Assembly: GCA_045612105.1 (NCBI GenBank)
Contig: JAZKYL010000147.1
Coordinates: 884-64,883 of the forward strand
Source of the DNA: Eubacteriales bacterium
Lineage (GTDB): Bacteria > Bacillota > Clostridia > Oscillospirales > CAG-272
DNA: 64,000 bases
Direction of reading: 5' to 3'
Numbering within the stretch: the first letter of the stretch is position 1; every line of letters starts with the position of its first letter. The notes beneath the pieces were generated by a model. It worked only from the letters and a program-made list of their open reading frames with translations, was not told the origin of the DNA and made no database searches. This document shows positions 44,830 through 56,500 of the stretch, one piece after another. Made by a program: the position numbers and the translations under genes.

Positions 44830-47800
44830 TTAATATTGCTTGCCTAACACTACCGAAGAATGTCCCGTTTCGTAATCATAATTAGCAAGATACTGACGGA
44901 TAAGTATAAGGTCTCTGCTATCAACCACACCGTCATCGTTTGCATCAGAACCGTAGAGGTCGTCGGAAGCGTTGATGCCGACTAAATACTCTCTGAGCTT
45001 GATAATATCAAGGGTATCGATATCATTGTCACCGTCCACGTCACCGTACATAGACACATAGTTATCTATGTAATCCGTAGTGCTTGTATTAGTTCCGGTA
45101 GCAAGCGTGAAGCTCTCCATATCCCTATTGAATTTACAGATATCCTCAAGATCATCACTCATTCCGACATAAGCAATATCTATGTAGTCCTCGGTTGACA
45201 TAACAGAACCGAAAACGTCGAAACGAAGATACTTTGCCGCATATTCACCGTTTCCGTTTGCAGCAAAAGTAGAGCTCTTGCCGAACTTAGAAAGATCAAC
45301 CACCAAAAGGTGCCATTCACCGTCGCCTATAGCTACGTTATTTATTGCAAAATAATCGCTGGCTTGGGCACTTGAATTGACCGTGCTACAGTAAATATCA
45401 AATGAGGTTACCGTTTTTGTATTGGTAGAGGGCAATCTGTATTTTACAGCAACGTACTGTCCTGTAACAGAAGAAGAACTGCCTGCATAGGCATTGAAAT
45501 AAGCCTCGGAGGAAGTGCCGTCGCTATAAAGTCTTACGTAGCCTCCGTTTTCCATATAACGAGTACTTCTTATACCGTGCTTCTTAGTGGCGATCAACTG
45601 TATCTCACCGGGAGTCTGATATACGTTAATAGGATCCACGTCAGCTATGCCTTCCTCGGGCCAGCCTGCGAAATCATCGGAGGCAACGACCTTGAAGGTT
45701 CTGCTCTCTACGTCGGTCATATCAACCGCGAACGAATAAGAATAGGTTCCGTCATCGTCAAGATATACCATATATCCGTCGTAGCTGTGATGATAACCGT
45801 GAGTATCTGGGGTCTTATAGGAGCTTACGTCGTATTCTACCCACTTGCCGTCGATCTTTTCATAGATCTTGGGATTAGTGAGCTTGTTGAAGCCGTAAGT
45901 ATGGACAGCAACGTTATTGGTTCCGCCCGAAAGAGTAAACTCAACGCTCTCGCCGTTAGCCGACTTCACTCTGGGAACAAAGGGGCTATCTATCTTACTT
46001 CCCTCACCTACGGTTACGGTAAGAGGATCAAGACAAGTGTTAGCGCGAATATTCTGCATATTGGTGTCGTCAGCGGAATCTGTCCAACCCCAAGGAGATA
46101 TGACCATATTCAGGTTAATGGTGTCACCGGGATTGAGAGTTACAGTTCCCAGATCCATAGAAAGGCTATAAACGTAATTCTTGCCGACCATAACGAAATT
46201 ATCGTCACGCTCAACGCCACCAATAACTATCTCGGAGTCGTAAAGAACGAAACCGAGGTTTGCGTTGTTCACAGACCAGCTTGCGCTCTCGGAATAGAGA
46301 TCGTAAAGCGCAACGTAAGGACAATTCTTACCGAGAACAAGCGTTTCTGCGGTATCAGTGCCGTTTGTAGCCTTGTGAACTACACCCTGCTCTCCCAAAT
46401 ATCCGAGTTTCTGATAATATCCCGCATAACCCTCAAAGGAGTAGAACGAGAAATCATTTGCGAAATCATTGATAGTAACCGCACCAAGTATCTCATATTC
46501 GATCTCATAATAAGCGCGAAGCTCATCGGTCTGAGGCATTTCAATGTGCTTATACGTAACTTTGATCTTACCGTCATCGGAAATGTAGGACATATCCGCA
46601 TCGACGTAGACGGGACCCGAAGAATTTATAATGTTTGAGATATTCTCCGTACCGTTCTTGTTACCTGCGGCATCGGTGTACTGTAAGAAATACTGATATC
46701 CCGCATGAGTGTGCTGAGGCTGATTGCTGTATTCATCACCCTCAAGCTCAAACCAATAATCCATCGACTGAGAACGGAAGTCGGGCAGAGTCCAAAGATC
46801 GCGAGCACCGAACCAAGGAGCAATACAGCTGGTCTCGGTAGTACCAACGGAAAGATGATAATAAGGGTTAAAATACTGAATAGATGATAACTGCTTAAGA
46901 GGAAATCTTCCCCAATTCTGATAGAGATTGAGCACCGTGAAGGTAAGGCTCTCGTTAGCGCCAAGGCTGAGCGGGAACACGGTCTCACTGTAAACCATAT
47001 CGCCTGCATCGTAGATAGGCTCCTCATTCTCTCCTCCGAAGTTCTTGGAAACCTCCATAGGAATAGGAAGCAGCATATTGTTTTCATCGAGAAGCGCAGC
47101 ACCCTCAAGGCTTCCGCCCTCATAAAAGCCTGAGTAAACATAAATGTTTCTGTCGCTGCTGTCACCTGTAAAGGTAGCCGTTGCGCTGTAATGCTTGTTC
47201 CACTCGGCAAAGAAAGGAGTATTAAAGCCTGTACCGCCGATAGAAAGCTTATATGCTCCGCGAAGCGCATCGTATGTATATGATGTATCACAAGTAATAG
47301 TGCTCAGGGGAGATCTTTCATTCTCCGCCTCGGCAATAAACGCATCAAGCGTATCGTTTTCGTCGGTATAAATACGCTGACCCATACGGTAGTCGTTACT
47401 TGTATTGGTAACTTTTGCCTCATTTATATTTGTTGTATTAGGATCATCAACAGGATAAGCAGAAATAGCGCCTCCCGTGGGAGTAGAAGCCTGAGTTATA
47501 GTATAAATACCGTTAGCAAGTGTTACAGTCAGCTTACCGCTGTTCTCGTGAACAGGCAGAATATATCCGAAAACACCTACACCCGTCACGTGGAAACCAA
47601 CGTACTCTGCAGTGCTCCAATCAACCCCTTCAAGAGACGAGTGAGTTCCGTTTGCGTCCTTAACCACCAATGCGTCAACTTTGCTCTGCGCAAGCTCGGT
47701 GATCATTCCCACCTCGGCAATTCCCGAAACGTCCTCGGTTGCAACGAAGTGAAGCTCCTGATGAAGCTTGTCGGAATAGGTGTGGAAGGTTCTGTCAAGT

Positions 47801-48741
47801 CTGAGCGCAGGGATCGAGCCCTCTACGTTAACTATGCTCACGTCCTTGAGAGAAACCGTCGCGCCCACTGTCTTACCCAAATCAAATCTGATTCCGCATA
47901 CGTCGCCAGTGTAATTCGAAACGCCGTTAATAAATACGGTATAGGTATGATACTCGCCGTCGTTAACGAGGTCAAAGCTAACACTCTGCGCTTCGCTGTG
48001 TCCCGTGGCACCGTTTGCAAGAATATATATCTTTCCCGTGGTAGCATTTGCATCGGTAATTTTCGCGGTAAATCTTATAGCGTTGTATGAGGTGGCAGCA
48101 TATTTCGTGCAGCTATGGTAACCCATTGTCGTCTTGTGCGGTACATACACGTACGGATTAGTTGTGGTTGCGGTATAGGAAAGCTCGCCGTTCGAAGTGG
48201 TTTTGTTTCCAACACCGTTTGTGCCCGTAAATTTGGAAATGTCGATCGCAGTCTCATTGGTCGTCGGCAGATCGCCGCCAAAACTTTGACCGAGCATATG
48301 CACGTCATAATAGTAAAAACCGTGCTTATATATATTTACCCTTGCCGTATTAGTTGACTTAGAGGTATAATATACTCCCCCGTCGTTCATTTTAACGTAA
48401 GCGTCCATAGTACCCGCAAGGTATTCTTTGCCGCTTGCGCTCTTCAAGGAAGATACCTGATTGTTCTTCGCAATAGACAAATAATAGTCCAGCGACATAT
48501 TTTTATTCTTCACCGTAAATCCGTCACGGCTTTCGTCGATATACTTCGCGGTAATGCCGTTTGCCATAGCATTGGCATATTCTATCGACTCAGAAAAACC
48601 GTTTCCGACCGAGAAAGTTGTTCCCGTTGCACCATCGCCTGTAACCGCATCCTCGGCAAATACAACAAAGGTATTCGCGGAGAGAAGCAAACATATCGCA
48701 AGGATCATAGAAAACACTCTCAACATCTTGTTTCCATTCAT
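44830..48741 (-). CDS. giant secreted dockerin protein, paralogue 1 (unknown core family)
   Basis: 1303 aa counted from ATG 48741 (GAAGGAG RBS; the track starts at TTG 48747). Signal peptide, conserved core shared with the next two genes, and a C-terminal dockerin (DVDGDNDIDTLD, DANDDGVVDSRD). Confidence 0.9.
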   Translation of the reverse strand: MNGNKMLRVFSMILAICLLLSANTFVVFAEDAVTGDGATGTTFSVGNGFSESIEYANAMANGITAKYIDESRDGFTVKNKNMSLDYYLSIAKNNQVSSLKSASGKEYLAGTMDAYVKMNDGGVYYTSKSTNTARVNIYKHGFYYYDVHMLGQSFGGDLPTTNETAIDISKFTGTNGVGNKTTSNGELSYTATTTNPYVYVPHKTTMGYHSCTKYAATSYNAIRFTAKITDANATTGKIYILANGATGHSEAQSVSFDLVNDGEYHTYTVFINGVSNYTGDVCGIRFDLGKTVGATVSLKDVSIVNVEGSIPALRLDRTFHTYSDKLHQELHFVATEDVSGIAEVGMITELAQSKVDALVVKDANGTHSSLEGVDWSTAEYVGFHVTGVGVFGYILPVHENSGKLTVTLANGIYTITQASTPTGGAISAYPVDDPNTTNINEAKVTNTSNDYRMGQRIYTDENDTLDAFIAEAENERSPLSTITCDTSYTYDALRGAYKLSIGGTGFNTPFFAEWNKHYSATATFTGDSSDRNIYVYSGFYEGGSLEGAALLDENNMLLPIPMEVSKNFGGENEEPIYDAGDMVYSETVFPLSLGANESLTFTVLNLYQNWGRFPLKQLSSIQYFNPYYHLSVGTTETSCIAPWFGARDLWTLPDFRSQSMDYWFELEGDEYSNQPQHTHAGYQYFLQYTDAAGNKNGTENISNIINSSGPVYVDADMSYISDDGKIKVTYKHIEMPQTDELRAYYEIEYEILGAVTINDFANDFSFYSFEGYAGYYQKLGYLGEQGVVHKATNGTDTAETLVLGKNCPYVALYDLYSESASWSVNNANLGFVLYDSEIVIGGVERDDNFVMVGKNYVYSLSMDLGTVTLNPGDTINLNMVISPWGWTDSADDTNMQNIRANTCLDPLTVTVGEGSKIDSPFVPRVKSANGESVEFTLSGGTNNVAVHTYGFNKLTNPKIYEKIDGKWVEYDVSSYKTPDTHGYHHSYDGYMVYLDDDGTYSYSFAVDMTDVESRTFKVVASDDFAGWPEEGIADVDPINVYQTPGEIQLIATKKHGIRSTRYMENGGYVRLYSDGTSSEAYFNAYAGSSSSVTGQYVAVKYRLPSTNTKTVTSFDIYCSTVNSSAQASDYFAINNVAIGDGEWHLLVVDLSKFGKSSTFAANGNGEYAAKYLRFDVFGSVMSTEDYIDIAYVGMSDDLEDICKFNRDMESFTLATGTNTSTTDYIDNYVSMYGDVDGDNDIDTLDIIKLREYLVGINASDDLYGSDANDDGVVDSRDLILIRQYLANYDYETGHSSVVLGKQY

Positions 48742-48783
48742 TTTCAAAACTCCTTCATGTCAAATTTTTTGGACATCATATAT

Positions 48784-48812
48784 ATAATAACATAACTTCT
48801 TCCATTTGTCAA
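48784..48812 (-). promoter_or_regulatory. sigma-A promoter of paralogue 1 (TTGACA-17-TATTAT)
   Basis: Minus strand: TTGACA at 48812-48807 and TATTAT at 48789-48784. Confidence 0.5.
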
Positions 48813-48931
48813 CAACATATGATTTTATTAATTACATATATTGTAATATTTTAAAACCAAATTTATCATTTACAAATTATCCCCCACGCAACGAAGGTCA
48901 CGTGGGGGAGCAAAAAAACACTCAAAAATTA

Positions 48932-51900
48932 TTAATCTGTGCTATCCGTGATCTGGGGACCCAGAACAACAGTTGATTCACCGGTATCGTAGTTGTAATT
49001 CGCGAGATACTGACGAAGAAGGATCAGATCAAGCGTATTAATGCTTCCGTCACAGTTGACATCTGCACCTGCGCTTACTTTTACAGTTGACTCGCCTGTC
49101 TCATAATTGAAATTAGCGATGTATTCTCTCAAGGTAACGACGTCCTTGGTGGTTATCTTCGTGCTTCCGTCATCAACTACCTTACCGTAGGCATAGGATC
49201 GGAAAGTCACAGTACCTGCTGTAACCGCAGTATTAACTCCCTGACCCGAGATAGAGTTTGCGTCAACTACCTTGACCGAGAAATCGTACTGTGAATCCTC
49301 TTCAAGGTCGAAATTAGCCTTAAATGCAAGATTAATAAGCGTTCCGTCCTCTGAAGAATCATAAGTATTGCTCCATATGATATGTGAGCCGTTTACCGAA
49401 AGTCCTTCAAGCATGTCTCCGTTCACATATCCCATAAAAGTGAATTTGGTATTGTCGTATACGGGCATAATGTCGAGATAGGAAATACCCGTGTTATTTT
49501 GAATGTTTACAGGAATGATGAAAAGATCGTCGGGATTGATAACGGGACTTGCAACGCTGATGTTTACGATCTCGTTTTCTTCAGGCGCGGTTATTTGAGA
49601 ATAGAGTCTCGTACCCGCCGTTATGTCAGCCGTACTATACAGCATCCATGCGTCCTTAAAGTTCGTGTCGTAAGCGAAAATCTCGGAGATGCTGTCAGTC
49701 ATACCGACGTATGCCACGTCCATATAGGTGCCCGTTGGAATCTCAACACCATTGAGGAAGTCGATTCTCATATATCTTGTAAGACAGGTTCCGTCTGCTT
49801 CCGGCTTAAAGGTTTTAGACGGGAACGATGCAGCATCAAATATTGCCAGATGCCAAGCATCGTCAAAAAACACTTTATGATTGTCTATAACATAGCTATC
49901 AGAACTGGTTGCATTTGCATTTTCCGTACTGGTATACATCTCTATATACGCGCTATCCTGAACTGTCTGATCTGTTGTAGAGGGCAGTCTGTACTTGATA
50001 ACCACGTATTTACCTGTGTTTACAGGGTCTGTAGCAGCATAAAGATTTGTATAAAACTCTTTTTGACCGGTAGCTTTCGGGGCAAAACGAACGAAAGTTA
50101 CTCCGCTTTCGTCGGTTTGAGCGTCGGAAGCGACAGCATTGCTGTTTACCATAATGTTCCTAGCGCGAAGGTCATCTCCCGCAAAAAGCACGTTCATATT
50201 CTGGAGAGACACGTTGCTGTCAACACTAAGCTCCCAGCCGTCGAATGCCGTATCAGCGACGACCTTGAATTTCCTTGCCTGATCGCCATTTAGAGTAATT
50301 ACAAACGAGTAGGAATACGTTCCGTCTTCACTATTGTAGTAAACGTTGTAGCCGTCGTAGCTGTGTCCGTCACCGTTGACGTCGGGAGTTGTAGCCGAGC
50401 ATACGACGTAGTCGACCCACTTCGATTCCATTTCTGACCACTCCTGGATCTTGGGGTCGGTAAGCATTGTAAAGCCGTCAACACGGATGGTCTGATTACT
50501 TTCATCACCCGAAACGGTAAAGATTGCCTCGGTGCCGTTTGTGGTCTTGACTCTGGGGAGATATACGCTTTCGACGACCTCCGCATTTTCAACGGGAGTT
50601 ATCGTAACAGGTCTGAGAGCCATATCTGCTCGAACGTCACGAACGTTCTTATCCTGAATGTCGTCGTATGTTCCCTCCATCTCCTGAGAACCCCAAGGAA
50701 GAAGAATTGCGTTGATGGTAATGCTATCGCCCGCCTTGAGTGTTACCGCTTCGAGGTTAAGAGACAACGAAAGCTTGCCGCCAAGATCGTTGAGAACGAA
50801 GCGAGGGGTTTCAGTTGCATCCTTGATAGAGATATCGGAACCGCATACGATGAGGCCTAAGTTGGCATAACCGCCACGGTTGTGATCACTGGTAGCACCG
50901 TCCATATCAAAGAAGGAGAAATAAGGATAATAGCTACCAAGCGTATACTGCTCAGATGTTCCCTTTGCTTTTGCAGTAGCTACATAACACTTATTGTCTG
51001 TACCAAGATAACCAACACGCTGATAGAGACCCGTGGGATCCATCGATTCTACAGAATAGAATTGGAAATCTCTGCTGAAGTCTGTGAAGCTGACGTCTCC
51101 AAGTATCTCGTACTTAATTTGATAATAGGTTCTGTTCTCGTCGGTCTGAGGCATCTCCATATGAGTGTAGGTTACTCTGATATTGCCGTCATCGGAGATA
51201 TTCTGCATTTCTATCTCGGCGTAGGTAGGACCGTGAGAGGTTATGACATTGTTGTAGTTTTCACTTCCGTTAAAATTGCCTTCTGAATCGGTATACATCA
51301 GCCACTTGTGGTCACCGCAGGTAGGATGCTGAGGCTGATCGCTCCAGAACGGCGCAGACATCGGACGGAAGTCGGGCAGCGTTGAGTAGGTTCTGTTCGC
51401 AGCCTTTGTAGAATACATAGGAGTTATACAGGTAGACTCCGTAACACCCGTGGACAAATGATAGTAAGGAGTTGAGAACTGGATCCACGAGATCTGCTTC
51501 AAGGGATATTTTCCCCAGTTCTGATAAGCATTTACTACGGTATATTCAGCGCTTGAATTCGCCTTAACCTCCATCGGGAAGATAGATTCGCCGTAGGATG
51601 TGTCGTCAATGTTGAAGAGTCTTGGATTCTCCTCCGAGAAGTTCTTACCGACCTGAACAGGCACGGGGATCAACATTTCGTTTGCGTCAAGCAATACGGC
51701 ACTTTCAAGACAGCCACCGGTGGTTGCGGTCATCACCCATATCTTGCGATCTTTTTCGTCGCCCGTTACGGTAAAGTTTACGTGGAATTTCTTATTGATC
51801 GCTGAAAGGGCAGGCTCGCTGAAGCCGTGAAAGCCATCTATATTAAATTTATAGATGCCGCGGATAGCGTCGTATCCGACAAAACTGCCGTCGCAATCTT

Positions 51901-53341
51901 CGCTTACTTCGATATTCTCCGAAGTAAGAGGCTCTCTCTCGATTTCTGCCTCTGCAATGAAGTCAGTGAGGGTATCATTCGTATCGGTATAAATTCTTTG
52001 ACCTATGTAGAAGTCGTTTCCGTTAGGGATCTCCATGCCTTCATACGAAGGAATGAGAGTGCCGCCTGCAGGCTTGTTGATCTGTGTTATGACGTAATAA
52101 TCGGTGCCATCTATAGTCTTTTCAGTCACGGTAAGCTCGCCGCCCGAGCCGTCGCAGGGCATAATATATCCGAATACACCGACGCCCGTAATGCAAAATC
52201 CGGCGTACTCATCCTTCTCGAAAACGTATTCGCTAACGTCATTCTTGGGGATCTTCACCTCGACACCGAACTCTGTGATTTTCTCTACGGTCTTGGTGGT
52301 TGCAAACTGAGTAAAGCTATGCATCTTGTCGGTATAAACGAGGAATGAACGGGCAACCTGAAGTCCCTCGATCGAGTCCCCCATATCGACCTGAACTACC
52401 GCCAACTCGCTGACGGTAAAGGTTTCGTCTATTCCACCCGAAAAGTCAAGGCGAAGTCTGCCTATCGTTCCGGAGTAATCACTACCGTTAAACATAGGCA
52501 CCATATATTCACGCGATTGACCGTCGCCTATAACGCTGAACGAGACACTTTTATATTGGGTAAAGCCGGTTGCGCCGCTTACCTCATAAAAGAAGGTCGC
52601 GCCCGTAATTCCCTCAGAGACGGCCATTGTTATACTGATGTAGTTATATGTGCCTGCGGGATACGCGATGCTTTCGTATTTATAGCCTCTAAGGCTATCC
52701 ATCCAACTGGGATCGGACTCTCCGAACACTATATAAGGGTCCAATGTATTAAGGTCACCGGTATTGGTGATCGTTCCCGAAACGCTTCCGGGTGACGACT
52801 TTGAGCCACCCGAGGTTACAGTGACATCTAAACTGTTTTGAACCCAGAAGTTCTTTACGTCATGGGTTTCCCCGTCCTCCTTCGTTGTGGGAGAACCGGC
52901 AAGGAAGTCTTGACCCTCAAATCTCGCGTCGTAATAGTAGTATCCGAAACGGTGAAGGTTAGCAGTAGCGACAGAAGAAGAATTGGAGGCGTAAATCCTA
53001 TCTTTACCATCGATCGTGACAAAAGCGTCCATCGTGTTTTCGATGTAGGTTTTTGTGCCATCTTTAGTCGTTAAAGAAGCTACCTGCTTATTGCCTTCCG
53101 CATTAAGCTCATAGGTTAGGTTCATCTGCTGATTTTTAACGATGAACTGTTCTCTGTTTTCATCGGCAAAGTATGCCTGAACTCCGTTTGCCAACGAATC
53201 TGCATTTTCAATAATCACGCTCTCGTCGATAGGAGTGATCTCGCCCGCAGCAACCGCGGGAAGCACACCTATACAGAACGACGACAGAAGCATTGCAATC
53301 GATAACGTGACAGTCAGAATTCTTGTTGAAAATTTCTTCAT
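48932..53341 (-). CDS. giant secreted protein, paralogue 2 (unknown core, cohesin, dockerin)
   Basis: 1469 aa counted from ATG 53341 (GGAAGGTG RBS; the track ORF starts upstream at 53437). Signal peptide MKKFSTRILTVTLSIAMLLSSFCIGVLPAVAA. C-terminal cohesin and dockerin. Confidence 0.9.
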   Translation of the reverse strand: MKKFSTRILTVTLSIAMLLSSFCIGVLPAVAAGEITPIDESVIIENADSLANGVQAYFADENREQFIVKNQQMNLTYELNAEGNKQVASLTTKDGTKTYIENTMDAFVTIDGKDRIYASNSSSVATANLHRFGYYYYDARFEGQDFLAGSPTTKEDGETHDVKNFWVQNSLDVTVTSGGSKSSPGSVSGTITNTGDLNTLDPYIVFGESDPSWMDSLRGYKYESIAYPAGTYNYISITMAVSEGITGATFFYEVSGATGFTQYKSVSFSVIGDGQSREYMVPMFNGSDYSGTIGRLRLDFSGGIDETFTVSELAVVQVDMGDSIEGLQVARSFLVYTDKMHSFTQFATTKTVEKITEFGVEVKIPKNDVSEYVFEKDEYAGFCITGVGVFGYIMPCDGSGGELTVTEKTIDGTDYYVITQINKPAGGTLIPSYEGMEIPNGNDFYIGQRIYTDTNDTLTDFIAEAEIEREPLTSENIEVSEDCDGSFVGYDAIRGIYKFNIDGFHGFSEPALSAINKKFHVNFTVTGDEKDRKIWVMTATTGGCLESAVLLDANEMLIPVPVQVGKNFSEENPRLFNIDDTSYGESIFPMEVKANSSAEYTVVNAYQNWGKYPLKQISWIQFSTPYYHLSTGVTESTCITPMYSTKAANRTYSTLPDFRPMSAPFWSDQPQHPTCGDHKWLMYTDSEGNFNGSENYNNVITSHGPTYAEIEMQNISDDGNIRVTYTHMEMPQTDENRTYYQIKYEILGDVSFTDFSRDFQFYSVESMDPTGLYQRVGYLGTDNKCYVATAKAKGTSEQYTLGSYYPYFSFFDMDGATSDHNRGGYANLGLIVCGSDISIKDATETPRFVLNDLGGKLSLSLNLEAVTLKAGDSITINAILLPWGSQEMEGTYDDIQDKNVRDVRADMALRPVTITPVENAEVVESVYLPRVKTTNGTEAIFTVSGDESNQTIRVDGFTMLTDPKIQEWSEMESKWVDYVVCSATTPDVNGDGHSYDGYNVYYNSEDGTYSYSFVITLNGDQARKFKVVADTAFDGWELSVDSNVSLQNMNVLFAGDDLRARNIMVNSNAVASDAQTDESGVTFVRFAPKATGQKEFYTNLYAATDPVNTGKYVVIKYRLPSTTDQTVQDSAYIEMYTSTENANATSSDSYVIDNHKVFFDDAWHLAIFDAASFPSKTFKPEADGTCLTRYMRIDFLNGVEIPTGTYMDVAYVGMTDSISEIFAYDTNFKDAWMLYSTADITAGTRLYSQITAPEENEIVNISVASPVINPDDLFIIPVNIQNNTGISYLDIMPVYDNTKFTFMGYVNGDMLEGLSVNGSHIIWSNTYDSSEDGTLINLAFKANFDLEEDSQYDFSVKVVDANSISGQGVNTAVTAGTVTFRSYAYGKVVDDGSTKITTKDVVTLREYIANFNYETGESTVKVSAGADVNCDGSINTLDLILLRQYLANYNYDTGESTVVLGPQITDSTD
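49193..49570 (-). other. cohesin module inside paralogue 2
   Basis: IVNISVASPVINPDDLFIIPVNIQNNTGISYLDIMPVYDNTKFTF...TVTF, followed by the dockerin at about 48956-49192. Confidence 0.7.
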
Positions 53342-53449
53342 ATCGCACCTTCCAGAAATAAAATTTTCCCCAAGAGCAATATTAAATTGCCCTCGGGGAA
53401 GGTCGTGGTCTGCATTTGTGCATACACATTTATGCATACCGTTTATTAA

Positions 53450-53478
53450 ATTATAACATAGTCACCAAATCTTGTCAA
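53450..53478 (-). promoter_or_regulatory. sigma-A promoter of paralogue 2 (TTGACA-17-TATAAT)
   Basis: Minus strand: TTGACA at 53478-53473 and TATAAT at 53455-53450. Confidence 0.6.
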
Positions 53479-53540
53479 TGATAAAAATCAGACAAAAATA
53501 TGTTTATTCTGTAATTTGAGCGATCTTGATGAATGCCCGT

Positions 53541-56500
53541 TTACTTTGCTCCGAGCTGTACGCCGGGGGTATTGCTGTCGTAGTCGTAATTTGCCAGATA
53601 CTGACGAAGAAGAATGATATCCTTCATATTCACCTCTCCGTCGCCATTGGCATCAGCTCCCGAAGCGAGAACAAATGCGGGAGTATCGGTCTCGGTATTA
53701 TAATTCGCCAAATATTCTCTGAGCTTGCTTACGTCCAAAACAGAGATTCCCAAGTCTCCGTTAGCGTTACCGTATTTGGATCCTATCCACACGGTCTCTC
53801 CGGTCGCCTTTTTGATTATCTTATTTCCATTTGCGCTATAAACGGTATTATTTTCATCTATCACTACCGTAACACCGGTATAATTACCGGAGAAAGCGTT
53901 TTGGTTAGAAATATTCGTAACAGATGCGGGGATCTTGATGCTCTTGACGTTTTCGGTAACAATAGCACCGCTTTCAATTCCGGTTACAGGCAGACCCGCA
54001 TATTCTTCGGGAATCACCAGCGAATTGATCGCGTGTCCGTCAAATCCTACGACAGCAAGGCTTTCGCCGTCGTCGTTTAGAGCATATTCAAGGCCGAATG
54101 TTGCGGGTTCCTCAACAGTAACGCGGAAGGTTCTTGCAGTTGTATCGGTAATTGTAGTTACGAAGGAATAGTTATACTTACCGTTTTCATAAGTAACTGC
54201 ATAACCGTCGTAATCGTGATACGAGCCAGTTGCATCGGGAGTATCCTTGGAGGAAACAACGTATTCTACCCAATTTCCATTCACAAGCTCCTCGATCTTG
54301 GGAACACCCAAGAATTTAAAGCCCTTTGCGAGAACAGTAATGTTAACGTCATCGGCAGCAGTGTCAAATCCGCCGTTGATGGTAAACTGAGCCGAGGATC
54401 CGTTATTTGTAACCACGGTGGGAAGGAAAGCCGAAGCCTCAACGGTACAATCAGCTACCGCAGTTGCCTTATAACCGTTTGCGGCAATCAGTTCTTTTCT
54501 GATTCGTCTTACGTTATTGTCGTTATTAACGTGATATACCTTGCTACCGTCAGCCTGCTCTTTAACGTCAACACTATAATCGGCAGGATCGAATTCAACC
54601 ACGTTGGAATCCTTCCAACCGCCGCCCCAAGGCATAATGATGGCGTTGATCTTGAAGCTATCGCCCTTCTTAAGTGTAACAGCGCCGTCAATATCGAGAG
54701 TAAGGCTTAGAGTCTGATAAGCTTCCTTTACGGCAAAATTCGCGCTGCTCTTCTTTCCTCCTATGACTATCTCCGAGGTATCAACAATAAACGAGAGGTT
54801 TCCGTAGGAAGTAGCGTTCGACATATAATAAACATCGAAATACGGCACATGTGTTCCGAGAGTGTGATATCTCGTCTCCTTTTCCTTGCCGTCGGGCCAG
54901 ATCATTTCTGTGACCTTGCAGTTATTGGTGTTGTCAAGGTAGCCGAGATATTTATAATAGGAATAACCGAAGAATGAATACAGGGAGAAATCTTCTCTGA
55001 AATTATTGATCGTCAGATCCTCTTCAACGGTATAGACTATCTCATAATAGCCTCTGTTCTCATCGGTCTGAGGCATTTCCATATGGTTGATCTCTACCTT
55101 GATCTTACCGTCGTCGGTAACATAATTTGTTGTTACGTCAGCATAGGTGGGTCCATAAGAGCCGATAGCTACGTCGGTGTATTCGGTTCCGATCATCTTA
55201 CCCGTAGAATCTTCATAGCGAAGGAAAGCGTGGTGTCCCGCGTTATAGTGCTGGGGCTGGTTGTTCCAGAAGGGCTGAGACATAGCTCTGTGGTCGGGGA
55301 GCATCTCAAAGTTTCTTCCTCTTGTGGAATAATGAGAGATACAGTTGGTCTCGGTAACACCGGTGGAAAGATGATAATAAGGAACGTAATATCCGATAGA
55401 GGATATCTGCTTGAGGGGATATTTACCCCAATTCTGATAGAGATTGAGGAGAGTGAAGTATTTGTCGTCGTCACCGCCAACGGTTATGGGGAATATTGTG
55501 TCACCGTAAGTAGTGTCGCCGCAATTATAAATCGGCTCTTCCCCTTCAGAGAAGTTCTTACATACCTCAAGAGGTACGGGGAGCATCATATCGTTTACGT
55601 CAAGGAGCGCGGCGCACTCAAGAGCGCCGCTGGAGGTATGGGTCATTACGTAAATATTTCTGTCAGTACCGTCACCCTCTATTCCAAAAGAAACGTTATA
55701 GTGCTTATTGGGAGAATCCTCGTATGCTATGCCAAAGTTCGCTACACCAGAAAGAGTAAAGTAATAGGCACCCTTGATAGGATCGTAGCCCTTGAACTTT
55801 GAACGGGGGGTTGCATCGGTATCGATCTTGATGTTTTCCGCTGTAAGAGGATTTCTTTCGATCTCAGCTTCCTTAAGGAATGCATCGAAGGTATGATTCT
55901 TATCGGTATATATTCGCTGTCCCATTCTGAAATCGTTTGTAGCATCATAAACAGGTGCGAGGATCGTATCGTTGCGAGGAAATACCTCCTGAGTGATAGT
56001 ATAAACGTTGTTCGAAAGAGTAACCTTCATGCTTCCGCTCTTTCCGTCGTAAGGAAGGATGTATCCGAAGATACCAACGTTCTTAATATCAAATCCGATA
56101 TACTCGGCACTTGCCCAATCAACACCGTTAAGAGAAGTGTGAGTTCCGTTCTTATCCTTTACGATAAGCTTGTCAACTGTGCTTGCGTTGATCTCGGTGA
56201 TAACACCGAGAGAATTGATATTGTTAACATCCTTATAGGCAACAACGTGTATCTCCTGATGGAGCTTATCGGAATAGGTATGCATGGTACGGTCGAGGGT
56301 CAAAGGAACCTTATCGTAGGTTATGTTCAGAACCTTGATGTCCTTGATCTGGACGTCTGTTCCCTCCATGCCGTCGAAATCAAACCTCAAGCCGGTGACG
56401 TTACCTGTGTAACCCTTCTCAGCCCATCTCTCGGTGGAGAAAGTGTAGGTATGCCACTCGCCGTCGTTCTTGATATTGTTTCTGATCTTTCCCTTGTCTG

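Noticed and set aside
48881-48908. Hairpin CCCCCACG...CGTGGGGG downstream of paralogue 2 as a rho-independent terminator
   Set aside because: On the minus (coding) strand the U-run precedes the stem rather than following it. It may still stabilise the transcript, but I do not call it a terminator.
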